A DNA stretch of 54,168 nt from Planctomycetota bacterium (lineage in GTDB: Bacteria > Planctomycetota > MHYJ01 > JACQXL01 > CAKKQI01), in assembly GCA_030633885.1 (NCBI GenBank), contig DAOWBV010000001.1, positions 1-54,168 of the forward strand, written 5' to 3'. Below, piece after piece: positions 26,701 through 36,242 of the stretch; within the stretch, counting starts at the first letter, position 1; every line of letters begins with the position of its first letter. A program made the position numbers and the translations under genes. A model generated the notes under the pieces. That model saw only the letters and a program-made list of their open reading frames with translations. It searched no databases and was not told the origin of the DNA.

Positions 26701-26946
26701 AATCATGAAAAATTACCCCCGGGGGAAATCCTGACCAACGGCGGCAAACAGGGCACCAATGATTTCCGGAAGATCGGTTACGGCGGCCCGGCCCCACCCA
26801 GCGGCACTCATCGGTACTATTTCAAACTCTACGCACTGGATACCAAGCTCGATCTCAAGCCCGGCGCCACCAAAAAAGAATTACTTCAGGCTACGAAAGA
26901 CCATATCCTCGCCCAGGGGGAACTGATGGGCAAATATAAAAAATGA
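26701..26946 (+). pseudogene. 3' remnant of a YbhB/YbcL (PEBP) family gene
   Basis: The frame is open from the frr stop to TGA 26944-46. It encodes ...GEILTNGGKQGTNDFRKIGYGGPAPPSGTHRYYFKLYALDTKLDLKPGATKKELLQATKDHILAQGELMGKYKK, the C-terminal half of bacterial PEBP proteins. No ATG/GVTG-type start lies upstream of the conserved block, and the N-terminal half of the domain is absent. Confidence 0.7.
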
Positions 26947-27506
26947 ACCCGGTAAGCCATTTTCTGATCGGTTGGCTAACGGCCAACAGCATCCGGCTCA
27001 ACCGACGAGAACGGGCCACGGTCACCCTGGCCGGTATCGCCCCGGATATTGACAGCTTGGGTATCGTCGCCGAAAAACTGACCAGCCACTGGGAAAAACC
27101 GCTCCTCTGGTGGACAGATTATCATCACGTCCTGGCCCATAATATCGGATTCGGTCTGCTGGTCACCGTCATTGGTTTTTTGATCGCCACCCAACGCTGG
27201 AAAACGGCTTTGTTTGCATTCTTAAGTTTTCATTTTCATCTCTTGGCTGATCTGGTCGGCGCGCGCGGACCGGAAGGCTACCAGTGGCCCATCCCCTATT
27301 TAAGCCCCTTTTCCCACGCCTGGCAATTAACTTGGTCCGGCCAATGGTTCATTGACGCCTGGCCGAACTTCGTCATCACCGCCGTCGCCCTGATCCTGAC
27401 ATTTTATCTGGCCTGGAAACGGGGCTATTCACCACTGGACATATTTTCATCCCGGGCCGATCAGGCCGTGATCAAAACCATCCATCACCGCTTCCCGCGA
27501 AAATGA
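26943..27506 (+). CDS. membrane-bound metal-dependent hydrolase (YdjM/DUF457 family)
   Basis: 187-aa ORF with an N-terminal SHFLIGWL motif, several TM helices and conserved His/Asp positions (PDIDS, YHHVLAHN), as in the YdjM family. ATGA overlap with the preceding PEBP remnant. Confidence 0.7.
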   Translation: MNPVSHFLIGWLTANSIRLNRRERATVTLAGIAPDIDSLGIVAEKLTSHWEKPLLWWTDYHHVLAHNIGFGLLVTVIGFLIATQRWKTALFAFLSFHFHLLADLVGARGPEGYQWPIPYLSPFSHAWQLTWSGQWFIDAWPNFVITAVALILTFYLAWKRGYSPLDIFSSRADQAVIKTIHHRFPRK

Positions 27507-27676
27507 AACCGAGGAAACCAGCAGAATCCTCAGACTTTCGTCACCCATATCGGCCAAATTTGGATGACGAAAACTGGAGCGGAAAACACTCCGTCACTCC
27601 AGCAAAGGACAGCTTGTCAACACCTTTATCACCGTCAGCAGTTACAGAATATTTAGTAAAGAAAAATAATTTTCTT

Positions 27677-27705
27677 TTGACTTTTATTGGATAATCGGCT
27701 ATATT
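27677..27705 (+). promoter_or_regulatory. candidate sigma70-type promoter of the FGE-family gene
   Basis: TTGACT (27677-82), a 17-nt spacer and TATATT (27700-05), about 38 nt upstream of the ATG at 27743. Confidence 0.45.
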
Positions 27706-27742
27706 TATTTAAATTAAGTATTTATTTTTAAGGGATAAAAAT

Positions 27743-28597
27743 ATGAAGTCTGAATTTTTCAGCTGGACCGTCATTATTTTACTCGGTCTCTTCCTATTCC
27801 AGAATACCTCACTAACCCAGGAATCAGAAGAAGAGGCAAAACCAAAGGTCATTGACTCCGAAGGAGACGAGATTATCGAACAGGAGATGATCCTGATCCC
27901 GGGCAGCAACTTCCAGATGGGTAGCAAAAAAAAGGAAGGCGAGATCAATGAAAACCCCCGACACCGGGTTCATGTCAGTGATTTTCAGATCGATAGATAC
28001 GAGGTTTCCAACGCCATGTACGCAAAATTCATCAAGGAAACCAAACACGAAGTGCCGCCTCATTGGTCGGATGGTAAGATTCCCTTCGGCCAGGAGAACC
28101 ATCCAATCGTGAACGTTTCTTGGACAGACGCGGTCGCTTACGCCGAATGGGCCGGCAAGCGGTTACCGACCGAAGCGGAATGGGAAAAAGCGGCCCGGGG
28201 CGATGACGCTCATGTCTATCCCTGGGGTAATGAATGGGACAAGCTCAAATGTCGCAATAAATTTTCCAATATCAGAAATACGAGCGAAATCAATGAATAC
28301 GAAGGTGGCCAAAACCAAACTGGTTGTTTCCAGATGGCCGGAAACGTGGCGGAATGGGTCAATGATCGTTACGACTGGCGTTACTATAAACGCAAACCCG
28401 TCCCCGGCCGTGATCCGAAAGGACCAGGCGATGACGAATTAACCATCAAAAACAAAATCCGTTATCAGTTAAGAGTAATCCGCGGTGGTTCCTGGAATGA
28501 TAACAAAAATGAAATACGGTGTGCGAAACGGATGGGTCAAAATCCGGAGTATAAATCTTTAACGCTCGGTTTCCGCTGCGCCAAAGACACCGAATAA
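27743..28597 (+). CDS. formylglycine-generating enzyme (SUMF1/FGE-sulfatase) family protein, secreted
   Basis: 284-aa ORF with a signal peptide, then the FGE-sulfatase domain (V.V..F.ID.YEVSN..Y..F, NHPVVNVSW.DA.AYA.WAGKRLPTEAEWEKAARG, RVIRGGSW). Confidence 0.85.
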   Translation: MKSEFFSWTVIILLGLFLFQNTSLTQESEEEAKPKVIDSEGDEIIEQEMILIPGSNFQMGSKKKEGEINENPRHRVHVSDFQIDRYEVSNAMYAKFIKETKHEVPPHWSDGKIPFGQENHPIVNVSWTDAVAYAEWAGKRLPTEAEWEKAARGDDAHVYPWGNEWDKLKCRNKFSNIRNTSEINEYEGGQNQTGCFQMAGNVAEWVNDRYDWRYYKRKPVPGRDPKGPGDDELTIKNKIRYQLRVIRGGSWNDNKNEIRCAKRMGQNPEYKSLTLGFRCAKDTE

Positions 28598-28627
28598 AAA
28601 TCACTTATTTTCTTCCGCGGGAATCAC

Positions 28628-30463
28628 TTACTTACCCGGCAATTTAAATTTATCTTTCAATCTTTTTACGCCCTGTTTCTTAATCCTTTTTTCCAGAGAA
28701 CTCACCTGATTTTTTGCCATGCTGGTCACTTCCGTCAAGACGGATTTTTTAGACGCGATCAGCCCTTCCATCACGCCCTTTTTCTGGTTAAACTGACCCA
28801 TTAACTGCTTCTTCGGCTGGTTGATTAACTGATCGATCCTCTGTTTCACCATCTTCTTGGTTTCATCCACCCGCGTCTGAAGCATCTTTTTTAAACGGTC
28901 CATCAATAATTGGTCAATATTGGAATCGAGTTTTAATTTTAACCGCTCGCCTTTCCGGCCGGACAGGGTCCCGCTGATCTTCAGAGGCTTCTGAGCCTCC
29001 TTTTTGCTAGCCGTGGTCAGCACAGTTACAATCTCTTTAGCCGCGTCACCTTCCGGGATATCGGCCGGGTTAAAAATCAAATCACGCGGCCGGATGATGA
29101 TATCCAGAGTCAGTTCTTCACCCTCGGCCACCAGATTGACTTTGATCTCGGCCTGACCGGACGCGATCTTACCGGGCAATAAAGATGACTTACCGAGCGA
29201 AAAATCTTTCAGGTCGATCCCGGTCATGTTCAAATCAAAAGTATCCCGGCTGACCGGACCGGTATGGTCCAGATTCCCGGCCAATGTAAAATCAGGATTT
29301 TTTCCCTGCGCGGAGATGACGATCGGTTTGGCCGTCAGGACCGGATCGGAAGAAATATCGGTCACCTGCCCCTGAAAAGTTAATTCACCCTCAGCGCCGC
29401 CGGCGCTTAACAAAGCCTTTTTCAGAAAAAAAGCCGGATAACTTTTTTCTTTGGGGAAAGCAATCGTCGTTCCTTCAATCCGTTTCCAAGCCTCGGCCTT
29501 TTTTTCTTTTTCATCAGCCGTCGGCATGAATTTCTGGTACTTGTCCAACCAGTAAAGCCAATCGTTGGCCCGATCCATCCAGACCGGCCCGAAAACCAAC
29601 TGAGCCATCTCGGATTTATCTACGTTCTTCATGTCAAGCTTGCTGACGATCGCCTGGTAATCATTCTCCTTCGCCTGCTCCACATTATTGATCGCCTGCT
29701 CAATCGCCTTATAATCCGTCCGGATCCGGGTGGTCGTCTTATCAACCTGGCTTTTTAACGTCTTGATATTCTTGTTGATCTTTTTGACTTTTTTTAATTC
29801 TTTCTTGAGCTTCCGGACATCTTTCTCTTTCAGGTTCACGGTCGCCAGCTGCTGTTTAATGGCGGCCGCGCGGGTGGTCACATTCAATTTATTCAGTGAA
29901 TCGTTCCAATTTTGGCTATTGGTGTTGATCAAAGTCTGAGTCTTGGTAAACTCAGCCGGGGCGGTCAGCTTAACCGGATCGACCAACCCGCTCACGTCGA
30001 CCTTTTCCTTCCCCTTCAGCATCTGGCGGGCCGGCAATTGTTGTAACTCATCGGAAATCATATCCTGACCCTTACTCCAAGCCTGACCTAAAAATGATTC
30101 GTCCTCTTCGGATAATTTTCCGGAAGTTTTTCGCGTCGTCCCGACCCGGATGCCTTCGATCGCCGTGTCTTCAATGGAAATCTTCTTTTCCAACAACTGG
30201 GTCAACCCCAATTGAAAGCGGATCTCGCGGACTTCAACCAGATTCTTCATATAGTCGTCCGAATCCGTCACCTGCAACCCCTCTAATTTCAAGGAGAGTT
30301 TAGTGAAAGATATTTTCACATCAGCCAATTCCACTTTGGCCCCGACAACACTGCTGCCTAACGATTCAATCACACTTTTTGTCATTCCTTCGGCACAAAA
30401 GAAACCGAAGACAGACAGCAGCACGTTAACGACAATAAAACCGATTATCCCTTTGATGCGCAT
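28628..30463 (-). CDS. large membrane-anchored coiled-coil protein (AsmA-like; I recall the family as TIGR03545)
   Basis: 611-aa ORF with an N-terminal TM anchor, AsmA-like beta-rich ends and a central Lys-rich coiled region. It is paired with the small membrane protein upstream. The family name is from memory and needs an HMM check. Confidence 0.45.
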   Translation of the reverse strand: MRIKGIIGFIVVNVLLSVFGFFCAEGMTKSVIESLGSSVVGAKVELADVKISFTKLSLKLEGLQVTDSDDYMKNLVEVREIRFQLGLTQLLEKKISIEDTAIEGIRVGTTRKTSGKLSEEDESFLGQAWSKGQDMISDELQQLPARQMLKGKEKVDVSGLVDPVKLTAPAEFTKTQTLINTNSQNWNDSLNKLNVTTRAAAIKQQLATVNLKEKDVRKLKKELKKVKKINKNIKTLKSQVDKTTTRIRTDYKAIEQAINNVEQAKENDYQAIVSKLDMKNVDKSEMAQLVFGPVWMDRANDWLYWLDKYQKFMPTADEKEKKAEAWKRIEGTTIAFPKEKSYPAFFLKKALLSAGGAEGELTFQGQVTDISSDPVLTAKPIVISAQGKNPDFTLAGNLDHTGPVSRDTFDLNMTGIDLKDFSLGKSSLLPGKIASGQAEIKVNLVAEGEELTLDIIIRPRDLIFNPADIPEGDAAKEIVTVLTTASKKEAQKPLKISGTLSGRKGERLKLKLDSNIDQLLMDRLKKMLQTRVDETKKMVKQRIDQLINQPKKQLMGQFNQKKGVMEGLIASKKSVLTEVTSMAKNQVSSLEKRIKKQGVKRLKDKFKLPGK

Positions 30464-30466
30464 AAA

Positions 30467-31003
30467 TTATGTTATTTTCCCTCGAAAATCACTGACCTTT
30501 TTATACCATTTATATATTGTGGTCCCTTTAAACAGCTTAAAGATCTTCATTTTTTCCAGTTTCGGTTGAACTGAAGTGCGATAAGCTATTACACCTTTCC
30601 GAGATAAAATCAAATTCGGATAAAATATAACCAGTGAAATGATCAATCCGCCGAGAGCGACCGTATTATTGAAATTAGTCAGCGGTAAAAGCGGCAGGTT
30701 GTAAAGCGTGGTCCAAAACGGCGTCAGGAATTCCCATTTAACCAGAAGGAGATACCCCAACGGATGAGACAAATAAGGATCAACTACATAACCAAGCAGC
30801 TTAAAAATCGCCATGGAAAAAATAGCCGAGCTGACATTAACCCGGATAATACATATTAATAAGAGAACAATAAGGTTATGGAGGCTCAGGACCGGGGTCA
30901 GGCCCAGGATCGCGCCGAAAGCAATACCTGCTGCAATCTGATGCGGTGAAATATCACCGTTAAGGATCTTGAACAATTTCCTGATGAATTTTAACCAAAG
31001 CAT
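30467..31003 (-). CDS. small polytopic membrane protein (DUF2062-like; I recall the family as TIGR03546)
   Basis: 178-aa ORF with SPHQIAAGIAFGAILGLTP and 3-4 TM helices. A 3-nt gap to the downstream 611-aa gene implies an operon. Confidence 0.45.
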   Translation of the reverse strand: MLWLKFIRKLFKILNGDISPHQIAAGIAFGAILGLTPVLSLHNLIVLLLICIIRVNVSSAIFSMAIFKLLGYVVDPYLSHPLGYLLLVKWEFLTPFWTTLYNLPLLPLTNFNNTVALGGLIISLVIFYPNLILSRKGVIAYRTSVQPKLEKMKIFKLFKGTTIYKWYKKVSDFRGKIT

Positions 31004-31092
31004 GGCTAAAACTTACCAAGAGCACAATTGATTGTCAAGAAGATTTTAAGTGGTTGTTCAAACAGGTGAATTGCAAACAAGAAATGAAGATC

Positions 31093-33468
31093 TTATTCCG
31101 GCTCGTTCTTCAGGTTAGCTTTGCGCCCGGCCCATTCTTCCGGCGTCATCATGACCTCACGGGCCTTACTGCCCTTGTATTCGCCCACAACGCCGATTTT
31201 GGCCATCATATCAACCAACCGGGCCGCCCGGGTATAACCGATCTCCAACCGGCGCTGGAGGAGTGAAACCGAACCACGCTGGGTCTCGACCACGATCTGG
31301 GCGGCTTCATCAAAAAGTTCGTCCTTGCCCATATCTTCAAAGTCATTGTTCGTCTCAATCGCCACCAGTTCCCGGTCAAACTGCGGCTTACTCTGCTTCT
31401 TAAGAAAATCAACCACTTTCTTGGCTTCCGTATCACCGATAAAAGTACAGAGCGCCCGGTGCAACTCCGTCGCCGGCGGCATGAGCATAAGCATATCACC
31501 CTTACCCAGTAATTTTTCGGCCCCGTTGCGATCCAGGATCGTTCGCGAATCAACCTTTGAAGCGACTTTAAAAGAAACCCGGGTGGGCATATTAGATTTA
31601 ATCAAACCGGTAATGACATCGACCGACGGCCTTTGGGTGGCCATGACCAGATGCAAACCGACCGCCCGTGACTTCTGGGCTAACCGGGTGATCGCCGTTT
31701 CCACATTATCCGAAGCGGCCATCATCAAATCAGCCAACTCGTCGATCATGACCACGATATAGGGTAACCGGGTCGGCACGTCACCCGGGATCTCGCCGTC
31801 TTCGATCAGCCGGTCTCTGATTTTGCTTTCACCCAACTGGTTATAGGTCTCGATCTTTTTCACGCCCACGCGCAGGAAAAGTTCGTATCGTTCTTCCATG
31901 GTCCGCACCAGCCATTCCAGTACGGCTGGGGCCCGGCGCATATCGGTCACCACCGGACTGATCAGATGAGGAATATCCTTAAACACCGACAGTTCGACCA
32001 TTTTCGGGTCGATCAATAATAATTTCATCTCATCCGGTTTGCGGTTCATGAGCAGACTCAAAATAATGCTGGCCACGCACACGGATTTACCCGCTCCGGT
32101 CGTCCCGGCGATCAGCAGATGCGGCATACTCCGCAGATCCCGGATCAGCGGTTTACCGGCCACGTCTTTGCCCAGATATAACGGTAACAGGTATTTATGT
32201 TTTTCATCGGAGGAGGGCGCGGTGATCAGTTCTTTCAACCGCACGATCCCTTTGGAAATGTTCGGAACTTCGATACCAACCGTGGATTTACCCGGAATGG
32301 GCGCCACGATCCGCACATTGGATGACTTCAGCGAAATGGCCAGATCGTCGGACATGCCGGCCACCCGGTGCACGCTAATGCCCGGCCCGAGCTCGATCTC
32401 GTACTTGGTCACGACCGGACCACATTCGACATCGACTACCCGGGCTTCGATATTGAAATTAGTCAGCGTTTTTTCGATCGTATCGATCCGTTCCTTGACA
32501 TCTTTATCATCCTCGGAAAGCTGGGTAGCTTCGGGATTATCCAGCAGATCCAGCGGGGGTAATTTAAAATCAACCGGCGGAGGCGCGGGCAGCATCGCCA
32601 CCGGCGTTTCTTTTTTACCCGCCCCAACTGATTTCGACGCGGCCGACTCTTCCGGTGGTGCCGCTTCCAACGACTCCTCTTCCGGCGGAACGACTTCCGG
32701 TTCTTTTTCCGCCACCGCTGTTCCGGTCTCCGGTTCCGCTACCGGCACTTCAAAGATCGGAGCGGCGGTCGCCGCCATCTTTGGATCGCCAACTGACATC
32801 GGCGCCAACCGTTGCTGTTCAGCCTGTTTCACTAATTGACGTTTCGCCCGGTAACGTTTAATCTTATCAACAATAAATGAACCATGCCCTATGACCACCC
32901 CGAAAAATCGCCTTAAATATTGACCCATTTTCATAATGCCTTCATAAACGATCCAGTCGGTGACCAGCACGGCAGCCATTAAAAGAACAAAAACTGACAG
33001 GACGAAAGCTCCCCAGAACCCGAAATAATTGGTCATGACCGAACTCATCAGATCACCGGTCAGGCCGCCGAAAGATTCCATGCTCCGGGCCAGAGCCCAA
33101 TCGGAAAAACGGATCGGGCTGATCAGCCCGCAAAGAGTAACTGCAGCAATGATAAAAAGCGCGACACTGGTCAGTTTGATCGGTAGGGAACCCAGGGGTC
33201 GGCGCCGGATCAGGAAAAAACCCCAAAGACCCAGTAAAAGAGTTACCGGATAAGCCACTAAACCAAAGGCCAGAAAAAGGAAGTCGGATATCGCCGCGCC
33301 GATACTACCGGCTTTATTATGTAATTCAGCATTCGGCGGGTAAACGCGGGCACTGTAATCAGCCGGATCGTGGGTGACCAGGCTGAGTAATAGAAAAACC
33401 GTTATCAGGATGAGAAAAATACCCAATAATTCCGGTAGTCTTTGCGATGGCTGTTTTTTTGAGGGCAT
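31093..33468 (-). CDS. ftsK: DNA translocase FtsK/SpoIIIE
   Basis: 791-aa ORF with N-terminal TM helices, a Pro/Glu/Ala-rich linker, a motor domain with Walker A GTTGAGKS and Walker B VVMIDELADL, and a C-terminal gamma wHTH (SVSLLQRRLEIGYTRAARLVD.M). Confidence 0.95.
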   Translation of the reverse strand: MPSKKQPSQRLPELLGIFLILITVFLLLSLVTHDPADYSARVYPPNAELHNKAGSIGAAISDFLFLAFGLVAYPVTLLLGLWGFFLIRRRPLGSLPIKLTSVALFIIAAVTLCGLISPIRFSDWALARSMESFGGLTGDLMSSVMTNYFGFWGAFVLSVFVLLMAAVLVTDWIVYEGIMKMGQYLRRFFGVVIGHGSFIVDKIKRYRAKRQLVKQAEQQRLAPMSVGDPKMAATAAPIFEVPVAEPETGTAVAEKEPEVVPPEEESLEAAPPEESAASKSVGAGKKETPVAMLPAPPPVDFKLPPLDLLDNPEATQLSEDDKDVKERIDTIEKTLTNFNIEARVVDVECGPVVTKYEIELGPGISVHRVAGMSDDLAISLKSSNVRIVAPIPGKSTVGIEVPNISKGIVRLKELITAPSSDEKHKYLLPLYLGKDVAGKPLIRDLRSMPHLLIAGTTGAGKSVCVASIILSLLMNRKPDEMKLLLIDPKMVELSVFKDIPHLISPVVTDMRRAPAVLEWLVRTMEERYELFLRVGVKKIETYNQLGESKIRDRLIEDGEIPGDVPTRLPYIVVMIDELADLMMAASDNVETAITRLAQKSRAVGLHLVMATQRPSVDVITGLIKSNMPTRVSFKVASKVDSRTILDRNGAEKLLGKGDMLMLMPPATELHRALCTFIGDTEAKKVVDFLKKQSKPQFDRELVAIETNNDFEDMGKDELFDEAAQIVVETQRGSVSLLQRRLEIGYTRAARLVDMMAKIGVVGEYKGSKAREVMMTPEEWAGRKANLKNEPE

Positions 33469-33474
33469 CAGCTT

Positions 33475-34257
33475 TTAGATTCCAAACAATCTCAGGATTA
33501 AAACAATTAGGCCGGCGGCCAAACAGTAAAGGCCAAAAATATACAGCTGGCCCCGCTGTACCATTTTGACCAATAACTTGATGGCCAGTAAACTCACCAC
33601 AAAACAGGCGAAACCACCGGCTAATATAGCTATCGGCTGAAACCCCTCCATAATTTTACCGAAATCTTTGAGTTTGACAAAACTTGCTCCGAGGATGATT
33701 GGAACGGAAAGGAAGAAAGAAAAGCGGACAGATGATTTTTTATCCAAACCGGTCAGCAAACCGGTGGAAATAGTCAGCCCGGAACGGGAAAGACCGGGAA
33801 TAATGGCCACCGCCTGGGCAATCCCGACCCAAAAAACACTTATAAAACTGGCGTTTTCCAGGGGACTAACTGACCGGCCCCACCCTAATTCACCAAAACA
33901 AAGAAAAATACCGGTCAGGATCAATGCCACCCCGACCAGCGTCAGGTTACCACCAAACAAACCCTCGATCTGATTATGCAATAACAGCCCGACCAGAGCG
34001 GCCGGTATGCTACCGATCACCACCATGATCAATACCTGGAAATTCCGGCCGAATAACTCGCGAATCTCGCTGAAAAAAGCAACGATTACCGCCAGAACTG
34101 AAGTGAAATGCAGAAAAACAATGAAACTCAGGTTGGCCTCAGGATCAGACAACCCGAATAAATGCTGGGCAATGGTCAAATGACCGGAACTGCTCACGGG
34201 CAGAAATTCCGTCGCCCCTTGAATGATCCCTAAAATAATAGCTTCCAATAAGGTCAT
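33475..34257 (-). CDS. uppP: undecaprenyl-diphosphate phosphatase
   Basis: 260-aa polytopic ORF with the BacA/UppP motifs GIIQGATEFLPVSSSGHL and PGLSRSG.TI. Confidence 0.93.
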   Translation of the reverse strand: MTLLEAIILGIIQGATEFLPVSSSGHLTIAQHLFGLSDPEANLSFIVFLHFTSVLAVIVAFFSEIRELFGRNFQVLIMVVIGSIPAALVGLLLHNQIEGLFGGNLTLVGVALILTGIFLCFGELGWGRSVSPLENASFISVFWVGIAQAVAIIPGLSRSGLTISTGLLTGLDKKSSVRFSFFLSVPIILGASFVKLKDFGKIMEGFQPIAILAGGFACFVVSLLAIKLLVKMVQRGQLYIFGLYCLAAGLIVLILRLFGI

Positions 34258-34259
34258 GA

Positions 34260-34880
34260 TTACCGGCTATTTTTTTCAACTAATTTAATGATCGCTTCGC
34301 TTAATTTATCTTTAGAGATGTTCTTGAATTTTTTCAGGCACCCCCGGCCGTTGAATATCTGGGCGTCAACCCGGTCCCGGCCAAAAGCCCGCGGCGTGTT
34401 CATGACAATATAATCCAGTTTTTTGGCCCTTAATTTTTTTCGGGCGTTGCGGGAAAAATCCCTGGTCTCCAACGCGAAACCGACCAGAGTCTGGTTGACC
34501 TTATGGCGAGAGATCTCTTTGAGAATATCCGGATTCCGAACCAAATCACAACGTAACTGGTTTCGTGTTTTTTTGACTTTCCCGCGGCTAACCTTCCGAG
34601 GCCGGTAATCACTGACCGCCGCGGCCATGATCAAACAATCGCTTTCAGGAAAGTAACGCCGGACCGCCTGCTGCATCTCACGGGCGGTGGTGATCTCAAC
34701 AATGTCTATCTTCAACGGGCGGGGCAAATCCCCCGGTCCGGTCACCAGCCGGGGCCGGTGACCAAGTCGACGGGCCACCCGGGCCAGGGCGAAACCCATC
34801 TTGCCCGTGGATGGATTCGATAAATAACGAACCGCGTCAAAATATTCCCGGGTCGGGCCAGCCGTGATCAATATCCGCAT
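34260..34880 (-). CDS. coaB: phosphopantothenate-cysteine ligase (CoaB domain, stand-alone)
   Basis: 206-aa ORF with ILITAGPTREYFDAVRYLSNPSTGKMG and AAAVSDYRP motifs of the Dfp C-terminal domain. The ATG lies 5 nt after the coaC stop with no obvious RBS. Confidence 0.88.
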   Translation of the reverse strand: MRILITAGPTREYFDAVRYLSNPSTGKMGFALARVARRLGHRPRLVTGPGDLPRPLKIDIVEITTAREMQQAVRRYFPESDCLIMAAAVSDYRPRKVSRGKVKKTRNQLRCDLVRNPDILKEISRHKVNQTLVGFALETRDFSRNARKKLRAKKLDYIVMNTPRAFGRDRVDAQIFNGRGCLKKFKNISKDKLSEAIIKLVEKNSR

Positions 34881-34885
34881 GACAT

Positions 34886-35446
34886 TTATCTTTTTTTTCT
34901 TTTATTCTTTAAAGCCGATTGGATCGCCTTGACGATCTTTTCCCTCGTAGCCAACCGACCCCGACCCTGCTGGCCGCAGGCCAGATAACCGCTATCCGGT
35001 TCAATAATCACCCGGCCGGCTTTTTTTAATTTCTTAATATTTTCCTGAACTATCGGATTCTCATACATATTAACATTCATCGCCGGGGCGATCAGGACCG
35101 GCACCCGCACGGCCAGGATAAAAGTCGACAGCAGATCATCGGCGATCCCGTGCGCTAACTTGGCAATAATGTTAGCGGTCGCCGGCGCGATCAAAACCAC
35201 GTCCACCCGGTCGGCTAAAGAAATGTGCGCGTAATCGTAAGAGGCTTCGTCATCAAACATCCGGGTATAGACCCGGTTACCGGAAAGGGCCTGAAAAGTC
35301 AAAGGCGTGACAAACCTGGCAGCTGACTCGGTCATGACCACCGTTACCCCCATACCCTGCTGACGCAAACAAGAAACCAAATCAGCCGCTTTATAAGCCG
35401 CGATGCCACCGGTCACTCCGATGATAATCTCTTTTGATTTCAGCAT
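34886..35446 (-). CDS. coaC: phosphopantothenoylcysteine decarboxylase (CoaC flavoprotein domain, stand-alone)
   Basis: 186-aa ORF with IIIGVTGGIAAYKAADLV, PAMN..M and other HFCD flavoprotein motifs. It ends ...KNKRKKR within an A8 run. Confidence 0.88.
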   Translation of the reverse strand: MLKSKEIIIGVTGGIAAYKAADLVSCLRQQGMGVTVVMTESAARFVTPLTFQALSGNRVYTRMFDDEASYDYAHISLADRVDVVLIAPATANIIAKLAHGIADDLLSTFILAVRVPVLIAPAMNVNMYENPIVQENIKKLKKAGRVIIEPDSGYLACGQQGRGRLATREKIVKAIQSALKNKRKKR

Positions 35447-35452
35447 AATTGA

Positions 35453-35659
35453 TTACTTTTTTTCCTTGGGACGGGAAATCTTGATTTTATCAGTCCGGAT
35501 CTCTTCCAACACGGATTCCATCAGGGAATGAGAATTTTCCGTTGAAGTCGTCTTGACCCCGCTCCGGGCCAGGTCCCGTAACCTTTTCTGAGTCAAAACC
35601 ACCAGGTCAAACCGGCCACCGGCTTTTTTCCTTAATTCTTCCAGGTTTAACTTACCCAT
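35453..35659 (-). CDS. rpoZ: DNA-directed RNA polymerase subunit omega
   Basis: 68-aa ORF with GGRFDLVVLTQKRLRDLARSG, the typical omega core. It sits in the common gmk-rpoZ arrangement. Confidence 0.85.
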   Translation of the reverse strand: MGKLNLEELRKKAGGRFDLVVLTQKRLRDLARSGVKTTSTENSHSLMESVLEEIRTDKIKISRPKEKK

Positions 35660-36242
35660 CTGTTTCTGCCTCCTCTTCGGTTTTTTTATTCATAAAAAAG
35701 TTATCTTCCAGAATATTTTTCACTTCCCGGACCGCCTCGTCTAATTTATCGTTGACCACCCGGAAATCATATTCCGACTGCCGTTTCATCTCTTCGGTCA
35801 CCTGCTGAAAACGTTTCTCCAGGCTGTCCGTGGAACTCCCTCGTCCTTTTAACCTTTCCTTCAAAACCTCGAGCGAAGGCGGCAGGATAAAGATAAACAG
35901 CCCCTGATAACCAAGTTTCCTCAACACCTGAGCGCCTTGAACATCAATCCGCAGTAATGGCGTCTGGCTCGACTGCCAAATATCGTCGATCGATTTTTCC
36001 GGGGTTCCGTAATAAGCGTCAAAAAGTTTTACGTGCTCGATAAATTCGTTATTTTTTATTCCGGTTTCGAATTCCGCCGGACTCATAAAATGATAATCCT
36101 GCCCAGCCACCTCACCGGTCCGGGGCGCCCGCGTCGTGGCCGTAACGCATAACCTGATTCGCGGCTCGTTGGCCACCACCCGTGCGCAAAGCGTGGTTTT
36201 ACCCACGCCGGATGGACCGGAAACAACGATGATCTTTTTCAT
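35652..36242 (-). CDS. gmk: guanylate kinase
   Basis: 196-aa ORF with the P-loop GPSGVGKTT, TTR.PR.GE..G.DY.F and YYGT motifs. Confidence 0.95.
   Translation of the reverse strand: MKKIIVVSGPSGVGKTTLCARVVANEPRIRLCVTATTRAPRTGEVAGQDYHFMSPAEFETGIKNNEFIEHVKLFDAYYGTPEKSIDDIWQSSQTPLLRIDVQGAQVLRKLGYQGLFIFILPPSLEVLKERLKGRGSSTDSLEKRFQQVTEEMKRQSEYDFRVVNDKLDEAVREVKNILEDNFFMNKKTEEEAETDG

Noticed and set aside
27503-27694. A 63-aa ORF follows the YdjM-like gene.
   Set aside because: It has no RBS and no recognisable motif. It overlaps a hairpin (CTGGAG...CTCCAG) and the -35 region of the next gene's candidate promoter, so it is probably non-coding.
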